NCBI RefSeq assembly: GCF_006265115.1
Contig: NZ_SMDR01000003.1
Span: forward strand, 323,694 to 347,693
Direction: 5' to 3'
Origin: Arenimonas terrae
GTDB lineage: Bacteria > Pseudomonadota > Gammaproteobacteria > Xanthomonadales > Xanthomonadaceae
DNA: 24,000 nucleotides
In this document: piece after piece, positions 7,583 through 15,900 of the stretch
Layout of the letters: each line of letters begins with the position of its first letter
Position numbering within the stretch: the stretch's first letter is position 1
Program-made: the position numbers and the translations under genes
The notes under the pieces: generated by a model
Database searches by the model: none
What the model was told of the DNA's origin: nothing
The model's input: only the letters and a program-made list of their open reading frames with translations

Positions 7583-8023
7583 TCAGCGCCCGGTCGTGCG
7601 CTGCAGAGCGCGCAGGCTGTCGTGCATCTGTTCGACCTCGGGCAGGTAGCTGGCCGCCAGTTCGCGCACGCGCTGCGGCTGGTCCTGGGCGGTGGCGTCG
7701 CGGAAGGCGGCGACGATGCGGTCCTCCTGCTCTTCCAGCGCGGCGATGAAGCTGGCTTCCGAATCGCTGGCCAGGCGCGCGCGCAGGTCGGCATAGGACT
7801 GGCGGAAGCTGCCGAGCCAGGAGCCGTGCCCCGCGGGCTCGTCGCCGTTGCGCGCCACTTCGGCGCGCAGGTCGGCGGCGATGGTTTCCTTGAGGTGGCG
7901 GACGCGCTGGAACAGCTCGATGTGCGCCGCGCTGGTGCTGCGCTCGGCGGCCAGGCCGAAAAAGGCGATGCCGTCGTTCAGCGCTTCGACCAGTTCGTTC
8001 AGGGTGGCGGAGGGGCGGGTCAT
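7583..8023 (-). CDS. PA2169-family (DUF2383) four-helix-bundle protein (146 aa)
   Basis: ATG 8023 with AGGAG 7 nt upstream. TLNELVEALNDGIAFFGLAAERS..LF...EEQEDRIVAAFRDA matches the LN.L.e..DG..fY..AAe...EE.ED pattern of this family. Confidence 0.65.
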   Translation of the reverse strand: MTRPSATLNELVEALNDGIAFFGLAAERSTSAAHIELFQRVRHLKETIAADLRAEVARNGDEPAGHGSWLGSFRQSYADLRARLASDSEASFIAALEEQEDRIVAAFRDATAQDQPQRVRELAASYLPEVEQMHDSLRALQRTTGR

Positions 8024-8053
8024 GGCGAATCTCCTGGATGACCCGTGCAACGC

Positions 8054-8069
8054 TGCAGCTTCCGTGCCA
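8054..8069 (-). promoter_or_regulatory. Sigma54-type -24/-12 promoter candidate P1 (TGGCACGGAAGCTGCA)
   Basis: Minus strand reads CCG TGGCAC GGAAG CTGCA. One mismatch to TGGCAC-N5-TTGC (C for T). Predicted +1 near 8043, about 20 nt before the PA2169-family ATG. Nearly identical to P3. Confidence 0.6.
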
Positions 8070-8158
8070 CGGTACGCGCGCGCGGAAATCCATTCCCGGC
8101 TCGGGCGTGTTTTCCGTGCCCGCGCACGCGAGGCCGGTCGCGCGCGCGACGCCGCGGT

Positions 8159-8833
8159 TCAATGCCGGTTCGGCGGCAGCGCACGGTGGATCGCCGTCGC
8201 CGCGACGGCCGCTTCCGCCATCGCCACCGCCACCTCGCTCAGGCCCGCGACCACATCGCCCGCGGCGTAGAGGCCGGGCACGCACGTGCTTTGGCGGATG
8301 TCCACTTCCAGGTGGCCGTCGCCGGCACGGCGCGCGCCCAGCGCCACCGCCAGGTCGACGGGAACCCGCGCGAAGCGGATCGCCTGCATCGTGTCGACGA
8401 CGGGCGCCGGCGCGGCGGCGGCGTGCAGCCACACGCGCGGGTGCCCGCGCCGCAGCGGCAGCGGACACGCCACCGTCTGCGGTTCGATCGCACCGGTGGC
8501 GATCAGCACGCAGCGCGCGCGCACCAGCACGCCGTCCACTTCGGCCACGAAGCCCAAGCCGTCGCGGGCCAGGGTCTCGACCACGCCGCGGCAGACGACG
8601 ACGCCGGCGGCTTCGGCCTGGCGAAGGATCCGCTCCAGCAGCCGCGATCCGGGCTGCGCGCCCGGCACGCCCGGGCCCCGGCGCGGATGCCGCGGGCGCT
8701 GCCCGCGCGTCTCGCCGCGATCCACCACACAGGCCTGGCGGCCGTAGCGCGCGAGATTGGTCGCCGCGACCAGCCCGGCCGGTCCACCGCCAACGACCAG
8801 GCAATCCATGCGGCTGGCCGGCAGCGCGTTCAT
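8159..8833 (-). CDS. FAD-dependent pyridine-nucleotide-disulfide (thioredoxin-reductase-like) oxidoreductase, unusually short (224 aa)
   Basis: N-terminal FAD dinucleotide fold DCLVVGGGPAGLVAA and C-terminal GLYAAGDV..AVAMAEAAVAATAIHRAL. There is no second GxGxxA/G NAD(P)H-binding motif between them. Confidence 0.7.
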   Translation of the reverse strand: MNALPASRMDCLVVGGGPAGLVAATNLARYGRQACVVDRGETRGQRPRHPRRGPGVPGAQPGSRLLERILRQAEAAGVVVCRGVVETLARDGLGFVAEVDGVLVRARCVLIATGAIEPQTVACPLPLRRGHPRVWLHAAAAPAPVVDTMQAIRFARVPVDLAVALGARRAGDGHLEVDIRQSTCVPGLYAAGDVVAGLSEVAVAMAEAAVAATAIHRALPPNRH

Positions 8834-8843
8834 CGGCCGCCGG

Positions 8844-10496
8844 CTACAGCGGATCCTTCTCGTGCCGCGGCTGGGTGCGGCGGTCGCCGAGCAGCGAACT
8901 GATCACCAGTCCGGCGCCGAGACCGGCCGCGACCAGGAACATCAGCAGGGCCAGCACCGGATAACCCAGCAGGGTGCGCGAGGTCGGGATGTCCATGATC
9001 AGGGCCGCGCCGACGATCATCGCCGCGGCGATCACGCCGGCGGTGACGCGGTTGGCGATCTTCTGGATGCTTTCGATCAGGCGCGACTCCTCGAGCCCGG
9101 CGACATGGATGCGGAAGCGGTTGTCGGCCAGCGTGCGCAGCAGCACCGACAGCCGCTGCGGCGCGTCGCGCACCAGCTCCTGCATGTCGAACAGGTCGGT
9201 GGCCAGGCGCGAGAGGTCGAGCCCGGCGGCCGCGCGCTGGCGGAACAGGTGGTCGCGGTGCTCGCTCAGCGCCTGCTTCATGGACGCGCCCGGGTCGAGC
9301 GCGAGCGCCACCGATTCCAGGTTGAGCAGGGTCTTGCCCAGGATCGCCAGCTCGGCCGGCGGCCGCAGTCCGGCCTCGGCGCCGATGCGGATCAGGTCCA
9401 TCAGCACCGAGCCTTCGGACTCGGCCACGCCGGCGCTGGAGTAGCGGGCGACGCGGCGGCCGATCTCGCGGGTGAAGCGGGCTTCGTCGAAATCCTCCAG
9501 CCGCGTGCCCATGTGCGCGAACGTTTCCGCCACCTGCTCGCCGCGTCCGTCCACCGTGGCCACCACCAGCTTGAGCAGCTGGTCGCGCATGCGCGGCGGC
9601 ACGTAGGCCACCATGCCCAGGTCGAGCAGGATCAGCTCGTGCTCGGGCGTCAGCACCATGTTGCCGGGGTGCGGGTCGGCGTGGATCAGGCCGTGCACGA
9701 AGATCTGGTCCAGGTAGGCGCGGCCCAGCTCGTTCGCCAGCGCGCCCAGGTCGGCTTCCGGCCGGGCGACATCGGGAATGGCGGTGACGCGGATGCCTTC
9801 GGCCAGGTCCATCGTCAGCAGGCGGCGCGTGCTGTAGTCGCGCACCGGCGCCGGCACGTGGATGCGGGCATAGGGCGCCAGGTTCTCGCGGAAGGCGTCG
9901 AGGTTGTCGGCTTCCTGGCCGTAGTCGAGTTCGGTCATCACCGAGGTGCGGAACTCGTCGAGCCATTCGCGGAAGCCGTAGCGGCGGCCGACGCCGGTGA
10001 CCAGGCCCAGCGAGGCGATCAGCCGCCCGATCGACGACAGGTCGTTCTCCACCTGCTCGGCCAGCTGCGGGCGCTGCACCTTCACGGCCACGCGCCGGCC
10101 GCTGGGCAGCACGGCGGCGTGCACCTGGGCGAAGGAGGCGGTGCCGATGGGCACCGGTTCCAAGGTCTGGAAAACTTTACGCGCCGCCAGGCCCAGTTCG
10201 GCTTCGATGCGCTCGAGCACCTGCTCGAAGGGCATGGGCGTGGCCTGGTCCTGCAGCCGCGACAGCGCCACGAGGTAGTCGGGCGGCACCAGGTCGGGGC
10301 GCGTGGACAGCATCTGCCCGATCTTGACGAAGGTCGGGCCGAGCTTCTCGAGGTCGGCGGCGAACTCCTCGGCTTCCGGCGACGTCTCCGGACCGCCGGG
10401 CGCGCTGGCGCCGGGCGGCCGCGACTTGAACAGCGGCGAGCTGCGGTGCTTGAGCAGGAAGGCGGACAGGGACGACAGTTTCGCGCCTTCGCTCAT
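8844..10496 (-). CDS. ABC1/UbiB-family atypical protein kinase (AarF domain) with C-terminal TM helices
   Basis: ATG 10496 (GGAG 6 nt upstream), 550 aa. LGPTFVKIGQMLSTRPDLVPPDYLVALSRLQD, IGTASFAQVH, VAVKVQRP and HADPHPGNM are classic ABC1 motifs. Two hydrophobic C-terminal segments. Confidence 0.85.
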   Translation of the reverse strand: MSEGAKLSSLSAFLLKHRSSPLFKSRPPGASAPGGPETSPEAEEFAADLEKLGPTFVKIGQMLSTRPDLVPPDYLVALSRLQDQATPMPFEQVLERIEAELGLAARKVFQTLEPVPIGTASFAQVHAAVLPSGRRVAVKVQRPQLAEQVENDLSSIGRLIASLGLVTGVGRRYGFREWLDEFRTSVMTELDYGQEADNLDAFRENLAPYARIHVPAPVRDYSTRRLLTMDLAEGIRVTAIPDVARPEADLGALANELGRAYLDQIFVHGLIHADPHPGNMVLTPEHELILLDLGMVAYVPPRMRDQLLKLVVATVDGRGEQVAETFAHMGTRLEDFDEARFTREIGRRVARYSSAGVAESEGSVLMDLIRIGAEAGLRPPAELAILGKTLLNLESVALALDPGASMKQALSEHRDHLFRQRAAAGLDLSRLATDLFDMQELVRDAPQRLSVLLRTLADNRFRIHVAGLEESRLIESIQKIANRVTAGVIAAAMIVGAALIMDIPTSRTLLGYPVLALLMFLVAAGLGAGLVISSLLGDRRTQPRHEKDPL

Positions 10497-10512
10497 CGGG
10501 ATCTCCAGTGAC

Positions 10513-10532
10513 GCCCCGTCGGTCGACGGGGC
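10513..10532. other. GC-rich inverted repeat between the lipoprotein and UbiB-like genes
   Basis: gccccgt-cggtcg-acggggc. No U-tract; function unknown. Confidence 0.4.
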
Positions 10533-10589
10533 ATCGGGTGGGTCAGCGCGGCGCACCGCGGCAGGACGGCGTGGCGCCGGCGCGGGAAC

Positions 10590-11039
10590 TCAGCCGTCGG
10601 TGTCGGCCGGCGGCGGGCCTTCGGCCGGGACGGCTTCGCGCACGGCCTGGCTGCGGCGCAGTTCGGCGTCGGCGACGGCCTTGTCGTACACCGCCTCGGC
10701 GGTGTCCTTGCAGGCGTCGCGCGCGTCGCCGGTCATGGCCTCGCACTTCTCCTGCTCCACGTCTAGCGTGGATTTGGCCTTGGCGACCGCGACGTCGTAG
10801 TCGGCATCGGCCTTGTCGTCGCGCGGATCGTAGGTGCCCATCACCGGGCCGGTGTCGGGATTGACGCTGGCGTCGGCGGCGTCACGACGGGCGTCGGCGC
10901 GGTCGGCCTCGGCTTCGCGAACCTCTTGCGCACCTTCGGCGCGCGCCTCGGCGACGTCTTCGGCGGTTTCCTGCGGGGTTTCGCGGCAGGCCGAAAGCGC
11001 CAGCAGGACCAGGGCAACGGGAATCAGGGTGTTCTTCAT
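10590..11039 (-). CDS. Acidic Ala/Asp/Glu-rich lipoprotein (149 aa)
   Basis: ATG 11039 (GGAG 6 nt upstream). Signal peptide with lipobox: MKNTLIPVALVLLALSAC. The track ORF's upstream extension starts at a TTG that is part of the P2 promoter element and has no other in-frame start. Confidence 0.7.
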   Translation of the reverse strand: MKNTLIPVALVLLALSACRETPQETAEDVAEARAEGAQEVREAEADRADARRDAADASVNPDTGPVMGTYDPRDDKADADYDVAVAKAKSTLDVEQEKCEAMTGDARDACKDTAEAVYDKAVADAELRRSQAVREAVPAEGPPPADTDG

Positions 11040-11199
11040 GGGTTGCTCCGCGATGGGGGTGGCAGGCTCGGCATGGAAAAAGTGCGGACCCTGCCGGTGA
11101 CAGGGAGCGCCAGGGGAAGCGCGGCAGCCCCGGACAGGGTCCGTGGAGAAAGGCTCTTCTCCAATAGCCGATCGGTGGACGGGGGTCCGGGGGAAAGGA

Positions 11200-11215
11200 A
11201 GCAAGAGCGGTGCCA
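11200..11215 (-). promoter_or_regulatory. Sigma54 promoter candidate P2 (TGGCACCGCTCTTGCT), exact consensus
   Basis: Minus strand reads GCCGC TGGCAC CGCTC TTGCT TCC. Predicted +1 near 11189, giving a ~150-nt leader before the lipoprotein ATG. Lies in the divergent region shared with the EBP gene. Confidence 0.7.
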
Positions 11216-11341
11216 GCGGCCGCGCCGTCGGTAAGTTTTACCGGCCCGGAAAGGCTTTCCTGGTCGCGGCGGGAATCGGCGGTTTTTTTAACTGTGGGTT
11301 AACCGTTGAGGTGCACACTACGGCTCCGTCGGAGGCTGCCC

Positions 11342-12724
11342 ATGACCGAGCAACAGACACTGTTCATCGTCGACGACGACGTTGGATTCGTTCACGCCGC
11401 CGCCGAGCTGGCGCGCGAGCAGGGTTTCATCATCACCGTGGCCGGCAGCGTCGAACAGGCGCTGACGCGGCTCAAGGACACCAGCTTCGACGTCGCGCTG
11501 ATCGACCTGTCGCTGCCCGACGGCAGCGGGCTGGAGCTGCTCGAGCACCTGGACCTGGGCGGAAGCACCCAGGTCATCCTGATCACCGGCCATCCCACCG
11601 TGGAATCGGCGCTCAAGGCGATGCACCTGCCGATCGTCGACTACGTGGTCAAGCCGCTGCGCGCGGCCCAGTTCACCGACCTGCTGCAGTCGGCGGCGAA
11701 GCAGCGCCGCGTGGTCGGCACGCAGGGCGAACAGTGGCACGGCCTGGCCGGGCCCTCGGCGGCGATGGCCGACGTGCGCCAGCAGATCTGCCGCGTGGCG
11801 CCGACCGACGCTTCGGTGTTCATCGAAGGCGAAAGCGGCGTGGGCAAGGAGCTGGTGGCCGGCGCGATCCATGCCGAGAGCGGACGCACCGGACCCTTCG
11901 TCGCGCTCAACTGCGGCGCCGTGCCGGCCGAACTGCTCACCAGCCAGCTGTTCGGGCACGAGCGCGGCAGCTTCACCGGCGCCAACAGCCGCCACGTCGG
12001 CCTGTTCGAGCAGGCGCAGGGCGGCACCCTGTTCCTGGACGAGCTGACCGAGATGCCGATCCACCTGCAGGTGCACCTGCTGCGCGCGCTCGAGACGCGG
12101 ACCATCCGCCGGGTCGGCGGCAGCGAGGACATCCCGGTGGACGTGCGGGTGATCTCGGCCACCAACCGGCCGCATGCCGAGGCGATCGAGGCGGCGAAGC
12201 TGCGCGAGGACCTGTACTACCGGCTGGCCGAATTCCCGATGACCCTGCCCTCGCTGCGCGAGCGGCCGGAGGACGTGCTGCCGATCGCCGACCTGTTCCT
12301 GCAGCGCCTGAACGAGCGCTACGGCACCCGCCGCGCACTGTCGAAGGAAGGCGCCGACCGCCTGCAGCGCTACAGCTGGCCGGGCAACATCCGCGAGCTC
12401 AAGAACATCATCCAGCGCTCCTACATCCTGGCCGACGGCGACCTGATGACGCCGACCCTGCCCACCGGCAACGCACGCCCGCTGGCGGAAACCGAAAGCA
12501 CAATCACCTTCGCGGTCGGAACGCCCATGCACGAGATCGAAAGGCGCATGCTGTTCAAGACCCTGGCCTTCTTCGAGAACAACAAGGCCAAGGCCGCGCA
12601 GGCCCTGGGCGTCACCACCAAGACCATCTACAACCGCCTCACCGCCTACCAGTCGTCCAACGAACCCAGGGAGCGCACCGATGAACGCCCCGACACGCCG
12701 TCTCGATGCGAAACCGGCACCTGA
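11342..12724 (+). CDS. Sigma54-dependent response regulator (REC + AAA+ sigma54-interaction + Fis-type HTH), NtrC family
   Basis: ATG 11342 with GGAGG 6 nt upstream. REC: LFIVDDDVGF..DVALIDLSLPDGSG. Walker A GESGVGKE. Sigma54-contact loop as GSFTGA. LFLDELTEMP, RVGG, RVISATN, REDLYYRL. C-terminal HTH AKAAQALGVTTKTIYNRL. Confidence 0.9.
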   Translation: MTEQQTLFIVDDDVGFVHAAAELAREQGFIITVAGSVEQALTRLKDTSFDVALIDLSLPDGSGLELLEHLDLGGSTQVILITGHPTVESALKAMHLPIVDYVVKPLRAAQFTDLLQSAAKQRRVVGTQGEQWHGLAGPSAAMADVRQQICRVAPTDASVFIEGESGVGKELVAGAIHAESGRTGPFVALNCGAVPAELLTSQLFGHERGSFTGANSRHVGLFEQAQGGTLFLDELTEMPIHLQVHLLRALETRTIRRVGGSEDIPVDVRVISATNRPHAEAIEAAKLREDLYYRLAEFPMTLPSLRERPEDVLPIADLFLQRLNERYGTRRALSKEGADRLQRYSWPGNIRELKNIIQRSYILADGDLMTPTLPTGNARPLAETESTITFAVGTPMHEIERRMLFKTLAFFENNKAKAAQALGVTTKTIYNRLTAYQSSNEPRERTDERPDTPSRCETGT

Positions 12725-12959
12725 AGGCCTGGCGGTGTCGCGCCCGCCACCGGGTGAGCTGGTGACGATCCCTCGCCAGGAGCTGCAGGCCCTGGTGCAC
12801 GACATCCGCAACCACCTCAATTCCATGCTGATGAACGCCGGAGTTCTGGCGGTGCAAAGCCGCGCCAATCCGTCGTCGGCCCGCCATGCCGCCCAGCTCG
12901 AGGACGACGGCGAGAAATGCGCCCAGGCGCTGCGGAACCTGTCCGACCGCTATCTGTGA
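12681..12959 (+). CDS. 92-aa stand-alone H-box (DHp-like) protein; candidate phosphotransferase or kinase modulator
   Basis: ATG 12681 with AGGGAG 7 nt upstream; overlaps the EBP gene 3' end by 44 nt and ends 13 nt before the kinase ATG. High third-position GC in this frame. LQALVHDIRNHLNSMLMNAGVL resembles the kinase H-box (LATLSHELRNPLAALMASVEVL). It is followed by a second predicted helix and no ATPase domain. Confidence 0.55.
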   Translation: MNAPTRRLDAKPAPEGLAVSRPPPGELVTIPRQELQALVHDIRNHLNSMLMNAGVLAVQSRANPSSARHAAQLEDDGEKCAQALRNLSDRYL

Positions 12960-12972
12960 CCGCGGCGGGCGA

Positions 12973-15900
12973 ATGAGCTTCCCCGAGTTCTTCCGCACGC
13001 TCAGCCAGCCCATCAGCCGACTCAGCCTCACCGGGTGGCGGGCCTATGTCTTCGCCGCCGCGATGATCCTGGGCGCGGTGGTCGTGCGCTGGGCGCTGCC
13101 CGAGGGCCTGGGCTCGCGCGTGCCCTTCCCGACCTTCTTCCTGGCCGTGTTCCTGTCGGCCTGGGTCGGCGGCTGGCGCGCCGGCCTGCTGGCCTCGGCG
13201 CTCACCATCGTCTGCGGCGTCACCGTCTTCCCGATCACCCGTCCGCCCTGGGACTGGCGCGACCTGGTTGCGCTGGGCTTCGTGTTCGCGGTCTGCGTGG
13301 TGGGCGCCTACGCCTGCGCGCGGCTGCGCGCGTCCACCGACGTGATCGAGAAGGACCGCGGCTGGTACGAACGCATCCTCGACCGCGTCGGCGAGGCGGT
13401 GCTGGTGGTGGACGACGCTGGCCGCCTGCGCTATTTCAACAGCCACGCCGCCGGCCTCTGGGCGCTGGACGCCAGCCACCTCGACCGTGACGTCGGCCTG
13501 GCGGTGGTGCTGTGGCACGAGGGCCGCGACGCGCCCTTCGACGGCCTGGGCGAGCTGATCCGCGACAACGAGGGCAGCTGGGAGCTTCCGCTGGGGCTGG
13601 AGGTGCGCGCCGGTGCGCGGCGGGTGCCGGTCGTCGGCAGCGTCTCGCGCGTCCGCGACCCCGACTACGGCGACGCGGCCGTGGTGTCGGTGCAGGACAT
13701 CCACGCCCTGCGCGAGGCCACGCGCCGGATCGAGGCGACCGAGCGGCGCATGCGTGCGCTGTTCGACTCCGACATCGTCGGCCTGTTCAGCATCGATGGC
13801 CGCGGCCGCATCAGCGCCATGAACGACGGCATGCGCCGCTTGCTGGGTTACGGCGCCGACGCCGGCTCGCCGGAGGCGCTGGCGCAGATCGCCGACGAGG
13901 ACCTGCTGTCGCAGCTGGGCGTCGACGGCACCGAAAACGCGATCGCCTTCGGTCCCTTCGACTGCCGGCTGTCGGGCCCCTCGGGTGAAGTGTGGGTGTC
14001 GCTGGGCGTGGTGCCGATCACGCCGCGCGAGCGCATGGTCTTCGCCATCGACATCGGCGCCCGCAAGCGCGCCGAAAGCGCGGTGGACAGCAGCGAGGCG
14101 CGCTTCCGGCAGCTGGCGGAGGCGTCCGCGGCAGTGGTCTGGCAGGCGCGGGCCTCGGGCGCGCTGACCGCGCAGATCGGCTGGAGCGAATTCACCGGCG
14201 CGCCGCCGCTGGCCTCGTTCGACCAGTGGCCCGACTGGGTGCACCCGGCCGACCAGGACGCGGCGCGGCAGCTCGTGCAGGCGCTGCACACCCAGCGCGA
14301 CGGCGTCGAGGCCGAGCTGCGCTTCCGCCATGCCTCCGGCGACTACCGCCATGTCGGCGTGCGCGGCGTGGTGCTCGACGGTCCGGCCACCGGCGCCATC
14401 GAATGGATCGGCACCCTGCGCGACATCCACCAGCGCCGCCAGGCCGAGGAGGCGCTGGCCTCGAAGGAAGTCGAGCTGCGCCTGATCCTCAACGCCATGC
14501 CGGCGCGCATCGCCTACATGGATGCGGACGCGGTGTTCCAGTGGGCCAACGGCAACTTCACCCAGTGGTTCGGGGTTGCCGGCGACGTCAAGGGCCGGCC
14601 GCTGGCCGAGGTGCTGCCGCCCGACGCGGTGTCCACGCTCTACCGCTCGCTGCAGGTGGCGCGGCGCGGTTTCGTCAGCCAGCAGGAGTGGCTGGAGAAT
14701 CACCCCACGCTGGGCCTGCGCTGGACCACGACCACGTTTTCGCCGGACCTGGACGAACGCGGGCGCGTGCGCGGCGTGATCAGCCTGTGCATGGACAGCA
14801 CCGACCGCCACGAGGCCGAGGACGCGCTGCGGCGCAGCGATGCCGAACACCGCACCCTGGCCGAGAACGTGCCGCACATGGTCTGGATGTCCGACGCCGA
14901 GGGCCGGCTGCAGTACTGCAACGCGCGCTGGCACGAGTTCACCGGCCAGGACTCCAGCGGCCGCTGGACCGACCCGGCGCACCCCGCGGACCGCCAGGCG
15001 GCCGAAGCGGCGCTGCAGCAGGCCGCGCAGTCGCGCACCGAGCTCAACATCGAAGTGCGCTACTGCCGCGCCACCGACGGCGCCTTCCGCTGGCACCTGG
15101 TGCGGGCGCTGCCCCTGCTCGATGGCGAGGACCGCGTACTGCGCTGGTACGGCACCTGCACCGACATCGAGGACCAGCGCATCGCCCAGGAGACGCTGCG
15201 CGAGGCGCATTCGCGCACCACGCATTTCCTGGCCACGCTCAGCCACGAGCTGCGCAATCCGCTGGCGGCGCTGATGGCCAGCGTCGAGGTGCTCGAGCAC
15301 GCTGCGCTGGACGAGAACCGCCGCTTCGAGGTCCGGCAGGCGATCCAGCGCCAGGCGTGGCACCTCAAGCGCCTCACCGACGACCTGCTCGACATCTCGC
15401 GCATCACCCTGGGCAAGATCCAGATCAGCAGCGACACCATCGACCTGCGCGAGGTCTGCCAGCACGTGTGCCGGGACTTTTCCGAGAAGGCCCAGCGCCA
15501 CGAGGTCGAACTGGACTGCGACGTGCCCGACGATCCGATCCTGGTCAACGGCGACCCTTCGCGCATCCGCCAGTGCGTGGACAACCTGGTGTCGAACGCG
15601 ATCAAGGCCAGCATGCCGGGCATGCGCGTGCACGTCTCGACGCGCGTGGCCGAACGTTTCGCCGAGATCATCGTGCGCGACGAAGGCGTGGGCATCGAGC
15701 AGGACGCGAAGGCGACGATCTTCCTGCCCTTCTCGCAGGCCGACGACTGGCGCAACCGGGGCCTGGGCCTGGGCCTGAGCATCGTCAGCAAGCTGGTGGA
15801 GCTGCACGGCGGCTCGGTCTGGGTGGACAGCGACGGCCGGCACTGCGGCGCCACCTTCGGTATCCGGCTGCCGGTGGCCAAGGGCGGCGCGGCGGCTTCC

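Noticed and set aside
5470-7794. 774-aa minus-strand ORF spanning ntrB, the PQ-loop gene and the ferritin-like gene
   Set aside because: Extremely Arg/Pro/Ala/Gly-rich with no recognisable motifs. It overlaps three well-supported genes in another frame. This is a typical open alternate frame in ~70% GC DNA.
8112-8125. Second GGCACGGAA copy (GGGCACGGAAAACAC, minus strand) 52 bp upstream of P1 as another sigma54 promoter
   Set aside because: It has the -24-like GG but no GC at the -12 position (ACAC). Probably not a promoter, though it may be a duplicated half-element.
7479-8804. N-terminal 440 codons of track ORF 6861..8804
   Set aside because: They would run through the PA2169-family gene, a promoter and the oxidoreductase gene in a wrong frame. 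A good SD and ATG at 7478 define the real 205-aa protein.
8757-10511. 584-aa plus-strand ORF (and 378-aa minus ORF 8830..9966) overlapping the UbiB/ABC1 kinase gene
   Set aside because: Antisense or alternate-frame artefacts. Only the 8844..10496 minus frame carries ABC1 motifs.
11060-11074. TGGCAGGCTCGGCAT on the plus strand as a sigma54 promoter for the EBP gene
   Set aside because: The GC dinucleotide is 2 nt too close to the GG element, the hexamer is degenerate, and it lies ~280 nt from the EBP start, inside the P2 leader.
11283-11289. T7 run after GC-rich repeats as a plus-strand intrinsic terminator
   Set aside because: No plus-strand gene ends upstream of it and the preceding stems are weak. 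It is more likely part of the divergent promoter/UAS region.
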